Positions 1-10,227 of a stretch of DNA of 60,779 bases are shown here, piece after piece (within the stretch, counting starts at the first letter, position 1; every line of letters begins with the position of its first letter). The position numbers and the translations under genes are program-made. The stretch is from an uncultured Methanosarcinales archaeon (GTDB lineage Archaea > Nanobdellota > Nanobdellia > Woesearchaeales > GW2011-AR9): contig CAZRCV010000004.1 of the NCBI GenBank assembly GCA_964598745.1, positions 1 through 60,779 on the forward strand, in the 5' to 3' direction. The notes beneath the pieces were generated by a model, which saw only the letters and a list, made by a program, of their open reading frames with translations, did not search any database and was not told the origin of the DNA.

Positions 1-387
1 TTTCATGCGTTTTTGGGCTAATTCTGGGTTTTCTATTTCCTGTACTCTATCATAACCTACTTGTGCAAGCCACAATTTAAGTGGTTCTGCTTTTTTAGAG
101 GGTATAGGCTGAATTATCCTAAAAAGAGACTTAGTATTGGCACAATCAGTTTCCCTTAGTTTCCCATCAGGAGCAGGTAATTTCAACTGGTGACAATTTG
201 TCACCACTTCACTTCCTTCTTCCCTAAGCCGTTGGCTGAGCTTATTCCAATATTTTCTGGAAGTTTGAAAATCTTCTTGCTCAGTTAAAAAAGCAATAAT
301 ATCAATAACAGAATAATACCATTCGTCGTTATACCATAATCTCCTAAATTGTTTTCCTTGGAATACTATTAGGGAAGTGTGTCCCAT
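1..387 (-). CDS. Bro-N / DinD-like (phage antirepressor-type) domain protein; C-terminus runs off the window start
   Basis: Hand translation from the ATG at 387-385 gives MGHTSLIVFQGKQFRRLWYNDEWYYSVIDIIAFLTEQ...LKLPAPDGKLRETDCANTKSLFRIIQPIPSKKAEPLKLWLAQVGYDRVQEIENPELAQKRMK, open to base 1. It carries the conserved IPSxKAEPxKxWLA Bro-N/DinD signature. It is absent from the ORF track because it is truncated. Confidence 0.6.
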   Translation of the reverse strand, partial: MGHTSLIVFQGKQFRRLWYNDEWYYSVIDIIAFLTEQEDFQTSRKYWNKLSQRLREEGSEVVTNCHQLKLPAPDGKLRETDCANTKSLFRIIQPIPSKKAEPLKLWLAQVGYDRVQEIENPELAQKRMK

Positions 388-391
388 TATT

Positions 392-841
392 TCATCTGCC
401 ATTTTCTGCACCTACGCATGAACTTCTGATAACTTTTAGGAAATAAATACCATACTTTTCAAAGTTTCTTTCTCCAATCCCTTCTACTTCAATCATTTCC
501 TCTTTAGTCATGGGCTTAACCTGAACTAATCTCTTCAAAACAGAATCATGTGCTACCATATATGGGGGGATGTTTTCAGCTCGCGCCAGATCCATCCTCA
601 TACTTCGCAACTTTTCAAACAGTTTGTTCTCATCATAATTTAACTTAATAGCTGCAGGCATTGCAGGTTTAAAATCTCCTTTGTTCATTTGATCTATTTT
701 TGTATCAAGAAAGGTAACTGTGGAACCGATAACTTGGTCTAATTCTTCTACCGTATCAGCTCCAACTTTTAAAGAACCAACATACCAAGAACCTTTGATT
801 GTTTGCTTAAATTCCACTTCCAACTTCTTTTTATCTTCCAT
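392..841 (-). CDS. Small protein with a C-terminal HRDC domain
   Basis: 149-aa ORF. The C-terminal approx 70 aa (LFEKLRSMRMDLARAENIPPYMVAHDSVLKRLVQVKPMTKEEMIEVEGIGERNFEKYG) matches the HRDC pattern of RecQ/RNase D. The N-terminal half is unrecognised. Confidence 0.6.
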   Translation of the reverse strand: MEDKKKLEVEFKQTIKGSWYVGSLKVGADTVEELDQVIGSTVTFLDTKIDQMNKGDFKPAMPAAIKLNYDENKLFEKLRSMRMDLARAENIPPYMVAHDSVLKRLVQVKPMTKEEMIEVEGIGERNFEKYGIYFLKVIRSSCVGAENGR

Positions 842-928
842 TTCAGGTTTAGGAAACGTTGCAGTTTATAACTTTTGCCTAACGGTGACCGGCGTTAACT
901 TAATATACCTTTATTCTATCTATCAAAC

Positions 929-1699
929 ATGTTTAAAACATTTTTTAATTCCTTTCGTTGGCATAGGGACCTATGGAAACCTTTTCTGATTGATGCTGTA
1001 GTTATCTCAATGATTATTTTGTTGTGGCAGGGGCTGGGAAAATTACTTCTAGTTTTAACTTCCAGGCTTAGTGATGGCCGGTCCTTGGAAGATTTGAAAG
1101 CGGCTTTGTTAAACTCACCGGAAATAGCGCAAGCTTTTGTTCGCGGCACTAAATATCTTCTTGTGGCTGTAGTTGGCGGTGTGTTATTAATAGCAATAAT
1201 CTCTCTGTTGCTGATTTCTTTAGCTCAAGCCTGGATTTGGTCGGTAAAATTTGATAGAAAAAAATATTGGCGCTGGAATGCGCTAACTTTGCTGCTGATT
1301 TTTTTTTCATTAGCCTATAGTGGATTAATTATAGGGTTGAATGTTATCTTGAAACTGTTTTCACTATCAGGATTTATTGTAAACTTGCTTAATGTCTGGC
1401 TGGTTTTGCTCTTGTTGGCAGCAATATTTGTAATTTATCATTCTTTTGCGAGAAGCTATAGTATTATTAAATCGTTAAATGATACCATCACTGTGTTAAA
1501 AAAGAATTATTTAAGGTACTTGGCAGCTTTAGCCTTAATTTTGGTAGTAGGCTTGATCTTATCCACCTTATTTTCTTGGCTTAAACAAAAATGGTACTGG
1601 CAATTTTTTGCCTGGCCGGCTTGGCTGCAACTGGCTGCCAACATAACTTTAGTTTTAATTTACTTAGCTTGGATGCGGTTTTATGTCAGCAGAATTTGA
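929..1699 (+). CDS. Multi-pass membrane protein, function unknown
   Basis: 256-aa ORF with several long hydrophobic segments and an ATG start. Confidence 0.5.
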   Translation: MFKTFFNSFRWHRDLWKPFLIDAVVISMIILLWQGLGKLLLVLTSRLSDGRSLEDLKAALLNSPEIAQAFVRGTKYLLVAVVGGVLLIAIISLLLISLAQAWIWSVKFDRKKYWRWNALTLLLIFFSLAYSGLIIGLNVILKLFSLSGFIVNLLNVWLVLLLLAAIFVIYHSFARSYSIIKSLNDTITVLKKNYLRYLAALALILVVGLILSTLFSWLKQKWYWQFFAWPAWLQLAANITLVLIYLAWMRFYVSRI

Positions 1700-1704
1700 T
1701 TTAA

Positions 1705-1902
1705 TCAGCCTTTTTTAAATTCAGCAGCGGTGTCGATTAAATCAATATGCCCTTGGAACAGGGCGCGGCAACAGAAGCGTTCCAAATTTAGCGAATCCAT
1801 AACTTTCTTAACCGCCTCTCCGTTTTCGATTCTTTCACAATATTCTTGGTATAACTGGCCTACTGGTTTACCACAACTGAAACAGCGAACTGGAATTATC
1901 AT
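1705..1902 (-). CDS. rpoN: DNA-directed RNA polymerase subunit N (Rpo10)
   Basis: MIIPVRCFSCGKPVG...ERFCCR zinc motif typical of Rpb10/RpoN. It is the last gene of the r-protein/RNAP operon. Confidence 0.9.
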   Translation of the reverse strand: MIIPVRCFSCGKPVGQLYQEYCERIENGEAVKKVMDSLNLERFCCRALFQGHIDLIDTAAEFKKG

Positions 1903-1911
1903 ATTATATTT

Positions 1912-2301
1912 TCACCTGTAAGATTTCTGCCGCTTGGCTCTAGCCTTGGAATCGTTTGGCTTGCGCACTTCTTTACGGCGGATGTCTGCGACCAATAGCA
2001 GACGATCATAACTCTCAAAAATTTTCTTTAATTTTTTATCGTACTGTACTAAAGCTCTGGCAATAGCCAGCCGGATAGCATCCGCTTGCCCGTTTTCGCC
2101 ACCACCAGCGCAAGTAATATCAATATTAATATCATTTTTTCCAGAGATAATTAATGGTTCTTTGATTCTTAAGCGCAACAACTGGTTGGCAAAATTTTCT
2201 ATATTTTGATCATTAATAGTGATCTTTCCTGTTCCGGGGTAAAGAGCGGCTTTAGCTATAGCTCGCTTGCGTTTTCCCTGAGTAATAATTACTTTTTTCA
2301 T
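1912..2301 (-). CDS. rps9: 30S ribosomal protein S9 (uS9)
   Basis: The internal ATG at 2301 gives MKKVIITQGKRKRAIAKA...RAKRQKSYR. There is a 4-nt ATGA overlap with the rpl13 stop. The longer track ORF overlaps rpl13. Confidence 0.9.
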   Translation of the reverse strand: MKKVIITQGKRKRAIAKAALYPGTGKITINDQNIENFANQLLRLRIKEPLIISGKNDINIDITCAGGGENGQADAIRLAIARALVQYDKKLKKIFESYDRLLLVADIRRKEVRKPNDSKARAKRQKSYR

Positions 2302-2723
2302 TTTTCTCTCCAGCCGATGGTGGTGCAGATTTCTTTTACAGTGATATAATTTAAAGTGGGCAATTTTTTTACAGATGCTAAGGGCAGCGTGGCCAATTCT
2401 TTTTCGGCGAATTCCGTGGGAATGCCACGGTAGCAAAGAACACGCCTGAATGCTTCTTTGCCTCTAGCTAATTTCCAAGGAAGCATACCCCGGATGGATC
2501 TTCGTACATACAGTTCAGGCAGGCGTGAATGTTTGGCGCTCTTTAAGGGATATCCTTTTCTGTCACGTCTAGCTTTGGCTAAGGCGAAAGTGTTATATTT
2601 TTTGCCGCTGACGATTACTTTTTCACAATTAACAATGCGCACTTCTTCTTTAAGAAGAGCTGATTTAGCTGCGGCGGTGGCTAATCTTCCTAAAATTAAA
2701 CCATCTCCGTTGTAAATAATCAT
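2298..2723 (-). CDS. rpl13: 50S ribosomal protein L13 (uL13)
   Basis: 141 aa with operon context and typical archaeal uL13 sequence (GRLATAAAK...RGMLP). Confidence 0.9.
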   Translation of the reverse strand: MIIYNGDGLILGRLATAAAKSALLKEEVRIVNCEKVIVSGKKYNTFALAKARRDRKGYPLKSAKHSRLPELYVRRSIRGMLPWKLARGKEAFRRVLCYRGIPTEFAEKELATLPLASVKKLPTLNYITVKEICTTIGWREK

Positions 2724-3076
2724 CCTAAAATCCTCACGTTTTTGCCTTGCGGGTTGTGTTGAATCAGTTCTTGAATAGTAAAGGCTTTACCTTGGGCTTG
2801 TTCGATTTTACGTTTGGCCTCTTCGGAAAAATTAACCGCAGCCACATCGATTTTTTTGGTTATTTCGCCTAGGCTTAATACTTTTCCTGGCACTAGCACT
2901 GTTTCACCTGCCTGGGCATACTGATCTATTTTGTAAAGGTTAACTGTTCTTCGTTGACGAGCTGGTTTTTTTATGTCGGTCAGCACTCGTTTCCAAAATT
3001 TGCTTTCCAACGATCTATTTTCTAACTCTAACAATAACTGCTGCAGTTGAAAATTGGTTGGCCCAGTTCTCCTCAT
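2720..3076 (-). CDS. rpl18e: 50S ribosomal protein L18e
   Basis: 118 aa, MRRTGPTN...VNLYKIDQ...VLVPGKVL pattern. Conserved position between rpoD and rpl13. Confidence 0.85.
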   Translation of the reverse strand: MRRTGPTNFQLQQLLLELENRSLESKFWKRVLTDIKKPARQRRTVNLYKIDQYAQAGETVLVPGKVLSLGEITKKIDVAAVNFSEEAKRKIEQAQGKAFTIQELIQHNPQGKNVRILG

Positions 3077-3855
3077 AGTAATTTCTCCATGGACTCTATT
3101 TTATTTTTCAATATTTCCACTGCTTGGTGCAAGATCTCTTTGCAGCCAAGTTGTCCCCAACTTTCCAAGTAAAAAATAATATTGTCAGTATAACTTAGTT
3201 CTATTCCCTGATCCAGTTCGCTGTAAAATTCCAGCAAGTTGCTGTCATAAAGCTTATCTGAATTAACTTTTACTTTGCTGCCGCTGATTTCAAGCACTCC
3301 GTCAGTGCATTTTTGAGCTAATAATTCTGAATGTTTTACTTTGCCAACAGTCAGTTGCGGCTCTTTTTTATAAAAGGCCATTCCCGGTGCCCATTTGGCG
3401 TGCTGTTTGCCTTGTCCTAGTACAGCTTTCATGGTTACATCAATTTTTTGTTTTGAAAGTAATTTAACTACTGGCATCTCTGGGTATACAAAAGTGCATT
3501 TGGGATCGGTGCTTACAGCCTCTCCAGCTGTGACCATGCCTTTTTTACTAGCTTTTAGAGTAAGAACTAATTCGCATTGCGCGCATCCTTGATTATTGCA
3601 TTTACAGTCATCTTTGAGATTATAACTTTTTAGGTCAGTCTTGATGGGTATCAAGCCTAAACGCAAGCCTAGCATTTCATCGTATAAGGCAGAATTATTT
3701 TCTTTAATCTCTAAATCTTCCACAGCTAAGGTAGGAACTTCTTCTATCACCAGCCGCCTAATAGTATTAGCTAGAACTTCATCACTGCCTTTGAGCAAAA
3801 AGGACAACTTTCCCTTTTTTTTGTCTTCCTTTAACTTTTCAATTTTTATGGCCAT
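3073..3855 (-). CDS. rpoD: DNA-directed RNA polymerase subunit D (Rpo3)
   Basis: 260 aa with the N-terminal ANTIRR motif and a Cys cluster (CKCNNQGCAQC). Conserved position after rps11. Confidence 0.85.
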   Translation of the reverse strand: MAIKIEKLKEDKKKGKLSFLLKGSDEVLANTIRRLVIEEVPTLAVEDLEIKENNSALYDEMLGLRLGLIPIKTDLKSYNLKDDCKCNNQGCAQCELVLTLKASKKGMVTAGEAVSTDPKCTFVYPEMPVVKLLSKQKIDVTMKAVLGQGKQHAKWAPGMAFYKKEPQLTVGKVKHSELLAQKCTDGVLEISGSKVKVNSDKLYDSNLLEFYSELDQGIELSYTDNIIFYLESWGQLGCKEILHQAVEILKNKIESMEKLL

Positions 3856-3859
3856 AATT

Positions 3860-4291
3860 TTATACTCTCCGGCCTCGGCGTCCGCCTTTCATTCTGCAGC
3901 CGTTATGCGGCTCAGGTGTAACTTCTTCAATTTTACCAATCCTTATCCCTATACGCGATAAGGCTCTAATCGCCGGCTGCGCGCCCGGCCCAGGCGTTTT
4001 AGGCCCGTTATGTCCCCCCTTGGCTCTTACCCGGATATATAATCCCTCAATTCCCTTCTCTCGGCAAATCTCGGCTATTTTTTTAGCGCAAGCCATTGCC
4101 GCAGTAGGTGAGCTTTCCAGCCGGTCTGATTTTACCATTTGGCCGCCGCTGGCTCTAGCCAAGGTTTCCGTTCCAGTAATATCTGTTACCGTAAGGATGG
4201 TATTATTATAAGTAGAATAAATATGGGCAATACCCCAGCGAATCGCCCTTCTGTTTTCCGGGGGGGCTGGGTTGTCTGGTCCTGTTCTCAT
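3860..4291 (-). CDS. rps11: 30S ribosomal protein S11 (uS11)
   Basis: 143 aa, [21 protein letters not shown]...typical uS11. Confidence 0.9.
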   Translation of the reverse strand: MRTGPDNPAPPENRRAIRWGIAHIYSTYNNTILTVTDITGTETLARASGGQMVKSDRLESSPTAAMACAKKIAEICREKGIEGLYIRVRAKGGHNGPKTPGPGAQPAIRALSRIGIRIGKIEEVTPEPHNGCRMKGGRRGRRV

Positions 4292-4294
4292 AGT

Positions 4295-4891
4295 TTAATT
4301 TTCCTCAGTAGTTAATACTAACTTTTGGTTTGCTGGTTCTGTTTCATTCGTGGTTGATTTGCTATCAGAAATTTTTTGGATCGGTGCTCGTTCCGGATGA
4401 TCTGGAGAAGCTAAAGTTGATTTGGGCTTAAACGCTACCTGGCTTTCTTCCTCTACCGAAACTAAGTAAGATGGAGAAGTTACTTCTTTATTGTTAATCA
4501 TGATATGGCGATGAATGATAAATTGCCTGGCTTGTAACATGGTTCTAGCCAAATTTTTTCTGTAAACTAAGCTCTGCAATCTCCTTTCCAAAATATTGGT
4601 TAATTCTAGAGTTAAGATTTGGTATAACTCAGCATTAGCTGGAAGCAATCCTAACCTATGCAATTTGCCGATTACTTGTTGCTTTTCTTTTTCTTTCTGT
4701 ACATTTTTGTGAACGGTAAGCTGCTTGGCAATAGTTTTATACTTTTTAAGAAAAGAGTTAGCTATGAGAATCTCTTTAGTGCTTTGCAGCCCATACTCCT
4801 GTTTCAGCTTTTTTCCAGTTTCAATGGCTTCTCTGATCCAGGGATGCATCTGCGTTTGATACTTTTTCTTTAACTTTTTTGGGTCTCCCAT
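4295..4891 (-). CDS. rps4: 30S ribosomal protein S4 (uS4)
   Basis: 198 aa, MGDPKKLKKKY... plus an S4 RNA-binding domain. It has a short polar C-terminal tail. Confidence 0.9.
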   Translation of the reverse strand: MGDPKKLKKKYQTQMHPWIREAIETGKKLKQEYGLQSTKEILIANSFLKKYKTIAKQLTVHKNVQKEKEKQQVIGKLHRLGLLPANAELYQILTLELTNILERRLQSLVYRKNLARTMLQARQFIIHRHIMINNKEVTSPSYLVSVEEESQVAFKPKSTLASPDHPERAPIQKISDSKSTTNETEPANQKLVLTTEEN

Positions 4892-4906
4892 TTTGAATTA
4901 GTTGGT

Positions 4907-5398
4907 TTAAGTTTTTCCCTTTTTAGCCTCGGCCCGCTTTTTCACGCCGACAACTTTTCCCTTGTTTCTTCTAAAGTTAGACCTGGTTCTTTGGCCGCGC
5001 ACAGGCAAGCCACGCAGGTGCCTTACTCCACGGTAAGTCTTAATTTTCTTTAGGCGTTTAAGATCATTGTCCTTTACGAAATTAAGGGTGCTAGTAATAA
5101 CATGCAGGTCTTCTCCTGTTTCATAATCTTTTCTGCGGTTAAACAGATGCGCTGGTATGCCACTTTCAGCCAGGCTAGTAATAACTTTGTTAATCTTAGA
5201 AACGTCTTGGTCAGATAACTCTCCCGTACGGCTGTGTTTGTTAACTTCAGCTGCAGCACAAATGGCATCAGCCAAATTTACACCTATGCCCTTAATTTGT
5301 TTCATAGCAAAACGCAACACTTGATTTCCAGGCAGATCAATATTAGCAATTCTAACAATGTGCTTAAAATTTTCTTTGTTAATTACTTTGTCAACCAT
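4907..5398 (-). CDS. rps13: 30S ribosomal protein S13 (uS13)
   Basis: 163 aa, FKHIVRIANIDLPG...YRGVRHLRGLPVRGQRTR. First gene of the operon. Confidence 0.9.
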   Translation of the reverse strand: MVDKVINKENFKHIVRIANIDLPGNQVLRFAMKQIKGIGVNLADAICAAAEVNKHSRTGELSDQDVSKINKVITSLAESGIPAHLFNRRKDYETGEDLHVITSTLNFVKDNDLKRLKKIKTYRGVRHLRGLPVRGQRTRSNFRRNKGKVVGVKKRAEAKKGKT

Positions 5399-5613
5399 GG
5401 TTATAATAGAGAATCACGTTAGGGTAGCCCTTATGCGCGTGAACTCGGACTGAATAACTGGTTGAAGAGACAGTTTATTTATAAAGATTTTGGTTTTTTT
5501 GAGGTTGATGCTAAAGGCGATGGCACATCTTCACCTGTAAAAGAATGAAACAAAGTTTTAATTAGGATAGCAAAATAAAAACATTTATATTAGTAAATAT
5601 GTTCACATAAATT

Positions 5614-5922
5614 ATGGCTGCTAGGGATAGTCAAGGAAATCCTGTTTTTAGGGAAATTGTTAAGTTAGAGCTTAGTATTGAGATCAGGGTAGTCTATGAT
5701 GGAATTAAACCAGCATGGGAGGTATTTCTGGAAGGCAAGGTTCCGGGAATTCTTTTTAGAAAACAGGAAATTTCTGATCAAATTGTAAACTTGTGGCCGT
5801 TATCAAAAGATCCTAGTGGAGCCAAGGCCTATAGCCTTCTCCGTAAGTTGAAACAGATGGTTAATGAAGGTAAGAGTATCATTCAATTAATAGATTACTG
5901 CAAATCCCTTAAATCTTTTTAA
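5614..5922 (+). CDS. Hypothetical protein
   Basis: 102-aa ORF with a TATA-like TTTATAT about 25 nt upstream. No recognisable motif. Confidence 0.4.
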   Translation: MAARDSQGNPVFREIVKLELSIEIRVVYDGIKPAWEVFLEGKVPGILFRKQEISDQIVNLWPLSKDPSGAKAYSLLRKLKQMVNEGKSIIQLIDYCKSLKSF

Positions 5923-5923
5923 T

Positions 5924-7042
5924 TCATCTAAATATCTTCTTTAGAAATTCTGTTAGCGGTTTTTCTTCTTTTAGTTGTTTAACCAAGTCTATCTGTTTGC
6001 GGCTTAATTTTTTGGGGACTTCAATGCGCACTTTGATCATTTGATCACCGCGATCTGGCGAGTTAAAGGCAGGCAACCCTTTTTCTTTCATCCTTAAGAT
6101 GGTTTCTGAAGCTGTTCCGGGTGGTATCTTTAAAATAGCGCGCCCATTAATTGTGGGAACTTCTACTTCATCTCCTAACACCGCTTGCGTGAAAGATATA
6201 GGGATAGTGATGTTGACGTCGCTCTCTTTTCTGGTAAATACTGAATGCGGCTGGACGGTTACTTCCACATACAAATCTCCGTTAGGCCCGCCATTTTCTC
6301 CCGCTTCTCCTTCTCCGCCAAGGCGCAAGCGCATACCATTTTCTATTCCAGGGGGTATCTTTACAGACAAAGTCTTTTTTTTTCTTACAGCGCCTTCCCC
6401 GCCACAGCCGGAACAAGAATTTTGCGGCAATTCTCCTCGGGCATGACAGTATGGGCAAGGCCCAGTCTGCTGAAACACACCAAATACAGTTCGTTCCGTT
6501 CTTTTAATGTATCCAGATCCGCTGCAATGGTGGCATCTTTCAAAATCAGTAGCGCCGCGGCCATGGCAGCTGTCGCAATTTTCCAGTTTATTTAGATTAA
6601 TTTGTTTGGCAGTTCCCATGGCTACTTCTTCTAAGGTAATCTTGATTCCATACAATAAATCCGAGCCTGGGCTAGCTCTGGTTCCACGCGATCCAGCGCT
6701 ATTGCCAAACAGCTGATCGAAAATATCATCAAAATTGCCGAAGGCACCGGAACGAAATTGCGACATGATATCTGAAAAATCAAAGCCTTGTTGTGATCCA
6801 GGGCTTCCTTGAAAAGAAGAACTGCCAAATTGATCATACTGCTGCCGTTTCTTATCATCGCCCAACACCGATGCAGCTTCATTGATTTCCTTAAAAGTTT
6901 CTTCATACTCCTTTTTTTTATCTTCTGGCGCCCGATCTGGATGATATTTTAAGGCTAGCTTTTTATAGGCTTTTTTGATCTCTTCCTTAGTAGCGCTTTT
7001 TCCTACTCCCAAAGTGTTATAATAATCTTTTTCTTTACTCAT
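5924..7042 (-). CDS. dnaJ: Chaperone DnaJ (Hsp40)
   Basis: J domain with HPD (KYHPDR), a G/F-rich linker and four CxxCxGxG repeats. Start placed at MSKEKDYYNTLGV by arithmetic on the track coordinates. Confidence 0.9.
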   Translation of the reverse strand: MSKEKDYYNTLGVGKSATKEEIKKAYKKLALKYHPDRAPEDKKKEYEETFKEINEAASVLGDDKKRQQYDQFGSSSFQGSPGSQQGFDFSDIMSQFRSGAFGNFDDIFDQLFGNSAGSRGTRASPGSDLLYGIKITLEEVAMGTAKQINLNKLENCDSCHGRGATDFERCHHCSGSGYIKRTERTVFGVFQQTGPCPYCHARGELPQNSCSGCGGEGAVRKKKTLSVKIPPGIENGMRLRLGGEGEAGENGGPNGDLYVEVTVQPHSVFTRKESDVNITIPISFTQAVLGDEVEVPTINGRAILKIPPGTASETILRMKEKGLPAFNSPDRGDQMIKVRIEVPKKLSRKQIDLVKQLKEEKPLTEFLKKIFR

Positions 7043-7643
7043 CTTGAATTGCTGCTCCCAGCTGCTGCGGTTCAATCTTAGCTGCAGCCATTACGGTTTG
7101 CTCTAGTTTTTTAATCTTTTCTAAATATCTCTTCCAGACTTCTGGTTCTCTAGGATAGCGCTTCTCTAGATAAGCAAACCGTTCTGTTACTGTTACAACA
7201 TTATCTTTGAATACGCGCATATCCGCATAATGCACAATGCTTTCTTCCCAATTGTGGTTGTTATAGTGAGGATTGCTGACATTGCTTAAGGCTACCGCTA
7301 ATTCAGGAAATCTTTCTTTAAAAACATCGTAAGCGACCTCTCCTTCATAAGACTGGGGATATTTTTTCTTTAATTCGTTCCAAAATCCCTGTTGGGCGCT
7401 GTTGATGGCTGCGCCGTGGTGTTCTCCAGAACCGAAGTCTTTGATCGTGATCATCTTAAACAGGTCGTGCAGCAAGGCTAACCGCGATACCAATTCGTAA
7501 TTCAAGCCAAAGCCTGAAGCGCAGATTCTTTTAGCGATAAAGTTAGCTACGCTTTGCACTCGCAGGCAATGCTTAAAAATATTATCTGGCACATGATATT
7601 CTTTAAAGTAGTTCAAACATTGTGCTTCACTGGGCAAAATCAT
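7035..7643 (-). CDS. HD-domain phosphohydrolase
   Basis: 202 aa with H...HD (LALLHDLFK) and a downstream HYADMR metal-binding pattern. It lies between dnaK and dnaJ. Confidence 0.7.
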   Translation of the reverse strand: MILPSEAQCLNYFKEYHVPDNIFKHCLRVQSVANFIAKRICASGFGLNYELVSRLALLHDLFKMITIKDFGSGEHHGAAINSAQQGFWNELKKKYPQSYEGEVAYDVFKERFPELAVALSNVSNPHYNNHNWEESIVHYADMRVFKDNVVTVTERFAYLEKRYPREPEVWKRYLEKIKKLEQTVMAAAKIEPQQLGAAIQDE

Positions 7644-7678
7644 CTTTTGTAAAAAATAAAAAGGTGAAAGATTAAAAT

Positions 7679-9532
7679 TTAATCTTTCTTTTCTTTAAAT
7701 TCAGCGTCAACTACGGTGTCATCGCCTTTGCCGCCTTTATTTTTGTTTTTAGTTGCTGATTCTGTTTGAGCTTTAGCCGCAGCTTGCTGATACATCTTGG
7801 TGCCAATTTCCTGGGCGGTTTTGTTGAGTTCGCCAATGGCTTTATTGATGCGTTCTGGCTCTCCAGAGGCTTTAGCTTCCTCGACTGCTGAAATGGCTTG
7901 GTCTAATTTTTGTTTTGTAGCTTCATCAATGTTGTCTTTGAACTCTTCCATCATTTTTTTAGTTTGGTAAACTACCGACTCAGCATTATTTTCAGCTTCG
8001 ATTTTTTCTTTTCTTTTCTTGTCTTCAGCCTCGTTCTTCTTAGCGTCATCTTTCATTTTTTCAATATCATTCTTGCTAAGCGTGGTTGATCCAGTAATTT
8101 GAATTCGTTGTTCTTTTCCTGTTCCTAAATCTTTAGCTGAAACATGGACTATTCCATTAGCATCAATGTCAAAAGTTACTTCGATTTGCGGCACTCCTCT
8201 GGGAGCTGGCGGAATACCCATTAAATCAAACTGCCCAAGCAGTTTGTTGTCTGTAAACATGGATCGTTCTCCTTGCCCTACCCTGATGGTTACTGCGGAC
8301 TGGTTGTCAGCGGCAGTGGAGAAAATCTGCGATTTTTTGGTGGGGATGGTGGTATTTCTTTCAATTAACTGGGTAAATACTCCGCCTAATGTTTCAATTC
8401 CTAAACTTAACGGCGTTACATCCAACAACAGAACATCCTTTACTTCACCAGAGATTACTCCGGCTTGGATGGCTGCGCCTAAAGCTACTGCCTCATCTGG
8501 GTTAACCGATTTATCGCCTTCTTTTCCGGTCAGTTTTTTAATCAGATTCTGCACGGCAGGAATTCTGGTGGAACCGCCAACTAAAATTACTTTATTGATT
8601 TTAGCAATCGGCAAATCGGCATCCTTTAGGGCGCTTTTGACTGGCCCTTCCAATCGCCTTAAGATATCTGAAATTAGTTCTTCAAATTTGGCTCTGGTTA
8701 ATTCTTCTTTAATATGTTTTGGCCCATGCTGATCAGCTGTGATAAAGGGAATATTTATTTCCACTTTAGTCTTGCTAGATAATTCAATTTTAGCCTTTTC
8801 TGCGGCTTCTTTCAACCGCTGCATGGCGGAAGGGTCATGGTTTAAATTTATTCCCGTGGCTCTTTTGAAATTATCAGCCAAATGTTTAATGATGATCTCA
8901 TCAATGTCATCTCCGCCTAGCTGGTTATCGCCGCTAGTGGATTTTACTTCGAATACCCCTTCACCTAATTCTAAAATGGAAACATCAAAAGTACCACCGC
9001 CAAAATCAAATACTAAAATAGTGTGGTCATGTTCTTGCTTATCCAGCCCATAGGCTAGGGAAGCGGCAGTTGGCTCATTAATTATTCTTAAAACATTTAG
9101 GCCGGCAATTTCCCCCGCATTTTTGGTAGCTTGCCTTTGGGGATCATTAAAATAAGCTGGCACGGTAATTACTGCATTTCTGGCAGGCTGCCCCAGATAA
9201 GCTTCTGCATCTTTCTTTAATTTCTGCAGAATCATGGCTGATATTTGTTCCGGAGTATATTCTTTATCGTCAATTTCCACCTTTTCGTTGGTGCCCATCT
9301 TCCGTTTGATGGAGCGAATGGTATGCGTGGGATCAACAATGGCTTGGTTTCTAGCTACTTGCCCTACAATTATTTCTTCATCCCTAATATGCACTACACT
9401 GGGTGTAGTTCTAGTGCCTTCAGAATTAGAAATAATAGTAGCTTTTCCGCCTTCCATTACGGCTACTGCCGAAAAAGTTGTCCCTAAATCAATTCCAATG
9501 GTTGCTCCAGTAACATTTTTTTTATCTGTCAT
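7679..9532 (-). CDS. dnaK: Chaperone DnaK (Hsp70)
   Basis: 617 aa with [20 protein letters not shown] and [14 protein letters not shown] signatures. Confidence 0.95.
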   Translation of the reverse strand: MTDKKNVTGATIGIDLGTTFSAVAVMEGGKATIISNSEGTRTTPSVVHIRDEEIIVGQVARNQAIVDPTHTIRSIKRKMGTNEKVEIDDKEYTPEQISAMILQKLKKDAEAYLGQPARNAVITVPAYFNDPQRQATKNAGEIAGLNVLRIINEPTAASLAYGLDKQEHDHTILVFDFGGGTFDVSILELGEGVFEVKSTSGDNQLGGDDIDEIIIKHLADNFKRATGINLNHDPSAMQRLKEAAEKAKIELSSKTKVEINIPFITADQHGPKHIKEELTRAKFEELISDILRRLEGPVKSALKDADLPIAKINKVILVGGSTRIPAVQNLIKKLTGKEGDKSVNPDEAVALGAAIQAGVISGEVKDVLLLDVTPLSLGIETLGGVFTQLIERNTTIPTKKSQIFSTAADNQSAVTIRVGQGERSMFTDNKLLGQFDLMGIPPAPRGVPQIEVTFDIDANGIVHVSAKDLGTGKEQRIQITGSTTLSKNDIEKMKDDAKKNEAEDKKRKEKIEAENNAESVVYQTKKMMEEFKDNIDEATKQKLDQAISAVEEAKASGEPERINKAIGELNKTAQEIGTKMYQQAAAKAQTESATKNKNKGGKGDDTVVDAEFKEKKD

Positions 9533-9542
9533 GTTCTTCCTC

Positions 9543-10082
9543 CTAGTTATGGTTCATAGTTTCATTTGATGCAACTTTTGTTTCATTTTTTTGGCCAGCG
9601 CTGATTTTTACTTTAGCTGGCCGAATAACTTCTCCTGATAATGTAAACCCGTTCTGAAATACTTCCAGGATGGTTCCTTCAGGCTGTTCTGATTCTACCT
9701 TTAACAAAGCCTCGTGTTGATAAGGATTAAATCTTTCTAAGGCTTTAATTACCTTAACTTCATTATTTTCCAGCAGGCTTGCCAATTGGGCATGAATTAA
9801 TTCTACCACTTTCAGCAAATCTTCAGCCTTGGCTGTGGCAGCGTTGCGCAACGCTAAATCAAAATTGTCTAGCACTGGCAGCAGCTGCAATATCAGGTCC
9901 TTGGCAGCTTTGCCTTTAATCTCTTGATATCTTTTTTCAGTTTGTTTTCGATAATTTTCAAAGTTAGCCTGAGTTCTTTGCAGTAAATCTGTTAATTCTG
10001 CTGATGATAGTTCCTGTTTTTTGGCCGGCGCTGTTTCTTCAGCTGCTTGTTTATTGGTTTCAGGCTCAGTGGCTTGTTTCAT
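9543..10082 (-). CDS. grpE: Nucleotide exchange factor GrpE
   Basis: 179 aa with a coiled-coil N-terminus, the [12 protein letters not shown] motif and a C-terminal beta domain. It lies upstream of dnaK. Confidence 0.85.
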   Translation of the reverse strand: MKQATEPETNKQAAEETAPAKKQELSSAELTDLLQRTQANFENYRKQTEKRYQEIKGKAAKDLILQLLPVLDNFDLALRNAATAKAEDLLKVVELIHAQLASLLENNEVKVIKALERFNPYQHEALLKVESEQPEGTILEVFQNGFTLSGEVIRPAKVKISAGQKNETKVASNETMNHN

Positions 10083-10227
10083 GGTAACATTATTTTGTTA
10101 ACGTTAAATCAACTAAGTTAATTCAAAACTTAACTAATATATAAATATTTTGGAAATAAATTTAAGAATAACGGTTATTTTAATTACAGTAATGATTAAA
10201 TAGTTTAAAACTAAGGCTTAACTAGAA

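Noticed and set aside
2302-2436. N-terminal 45-codon extension of the S9 ORF (the track gives 1912-2436)
   Set aside because: The extension lies entirely inside rpl13 in another frame. The internal ATG at 2301 gives the canonical uS9 N-terminus and an ATGA overlap.
7015-7045. Apparent one-base discrepancy (possible frameshift) at the dnaJ 5' end when hand-translating
   Set aside because: My manual base count around 7020 was one off relative to the ORF track. The track reports an intact 383-aa frame reading ...KDYYNTLGV..., and coordinates agree again at 5924 and 7643. I treat it as my counting error and used the track coordinates.
6099-9569. Numerous 60-190-aa plus-strand ORFs inside dnaJ and dnaK (for example 6099-6446, 8166-8732, 8739-9053, 9234-9569)
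   Set aside because: They are antisense shadows of highly conserved chaperone genes, have Ser/Pro/Leu-rich nonsense composition, and have no promoters.
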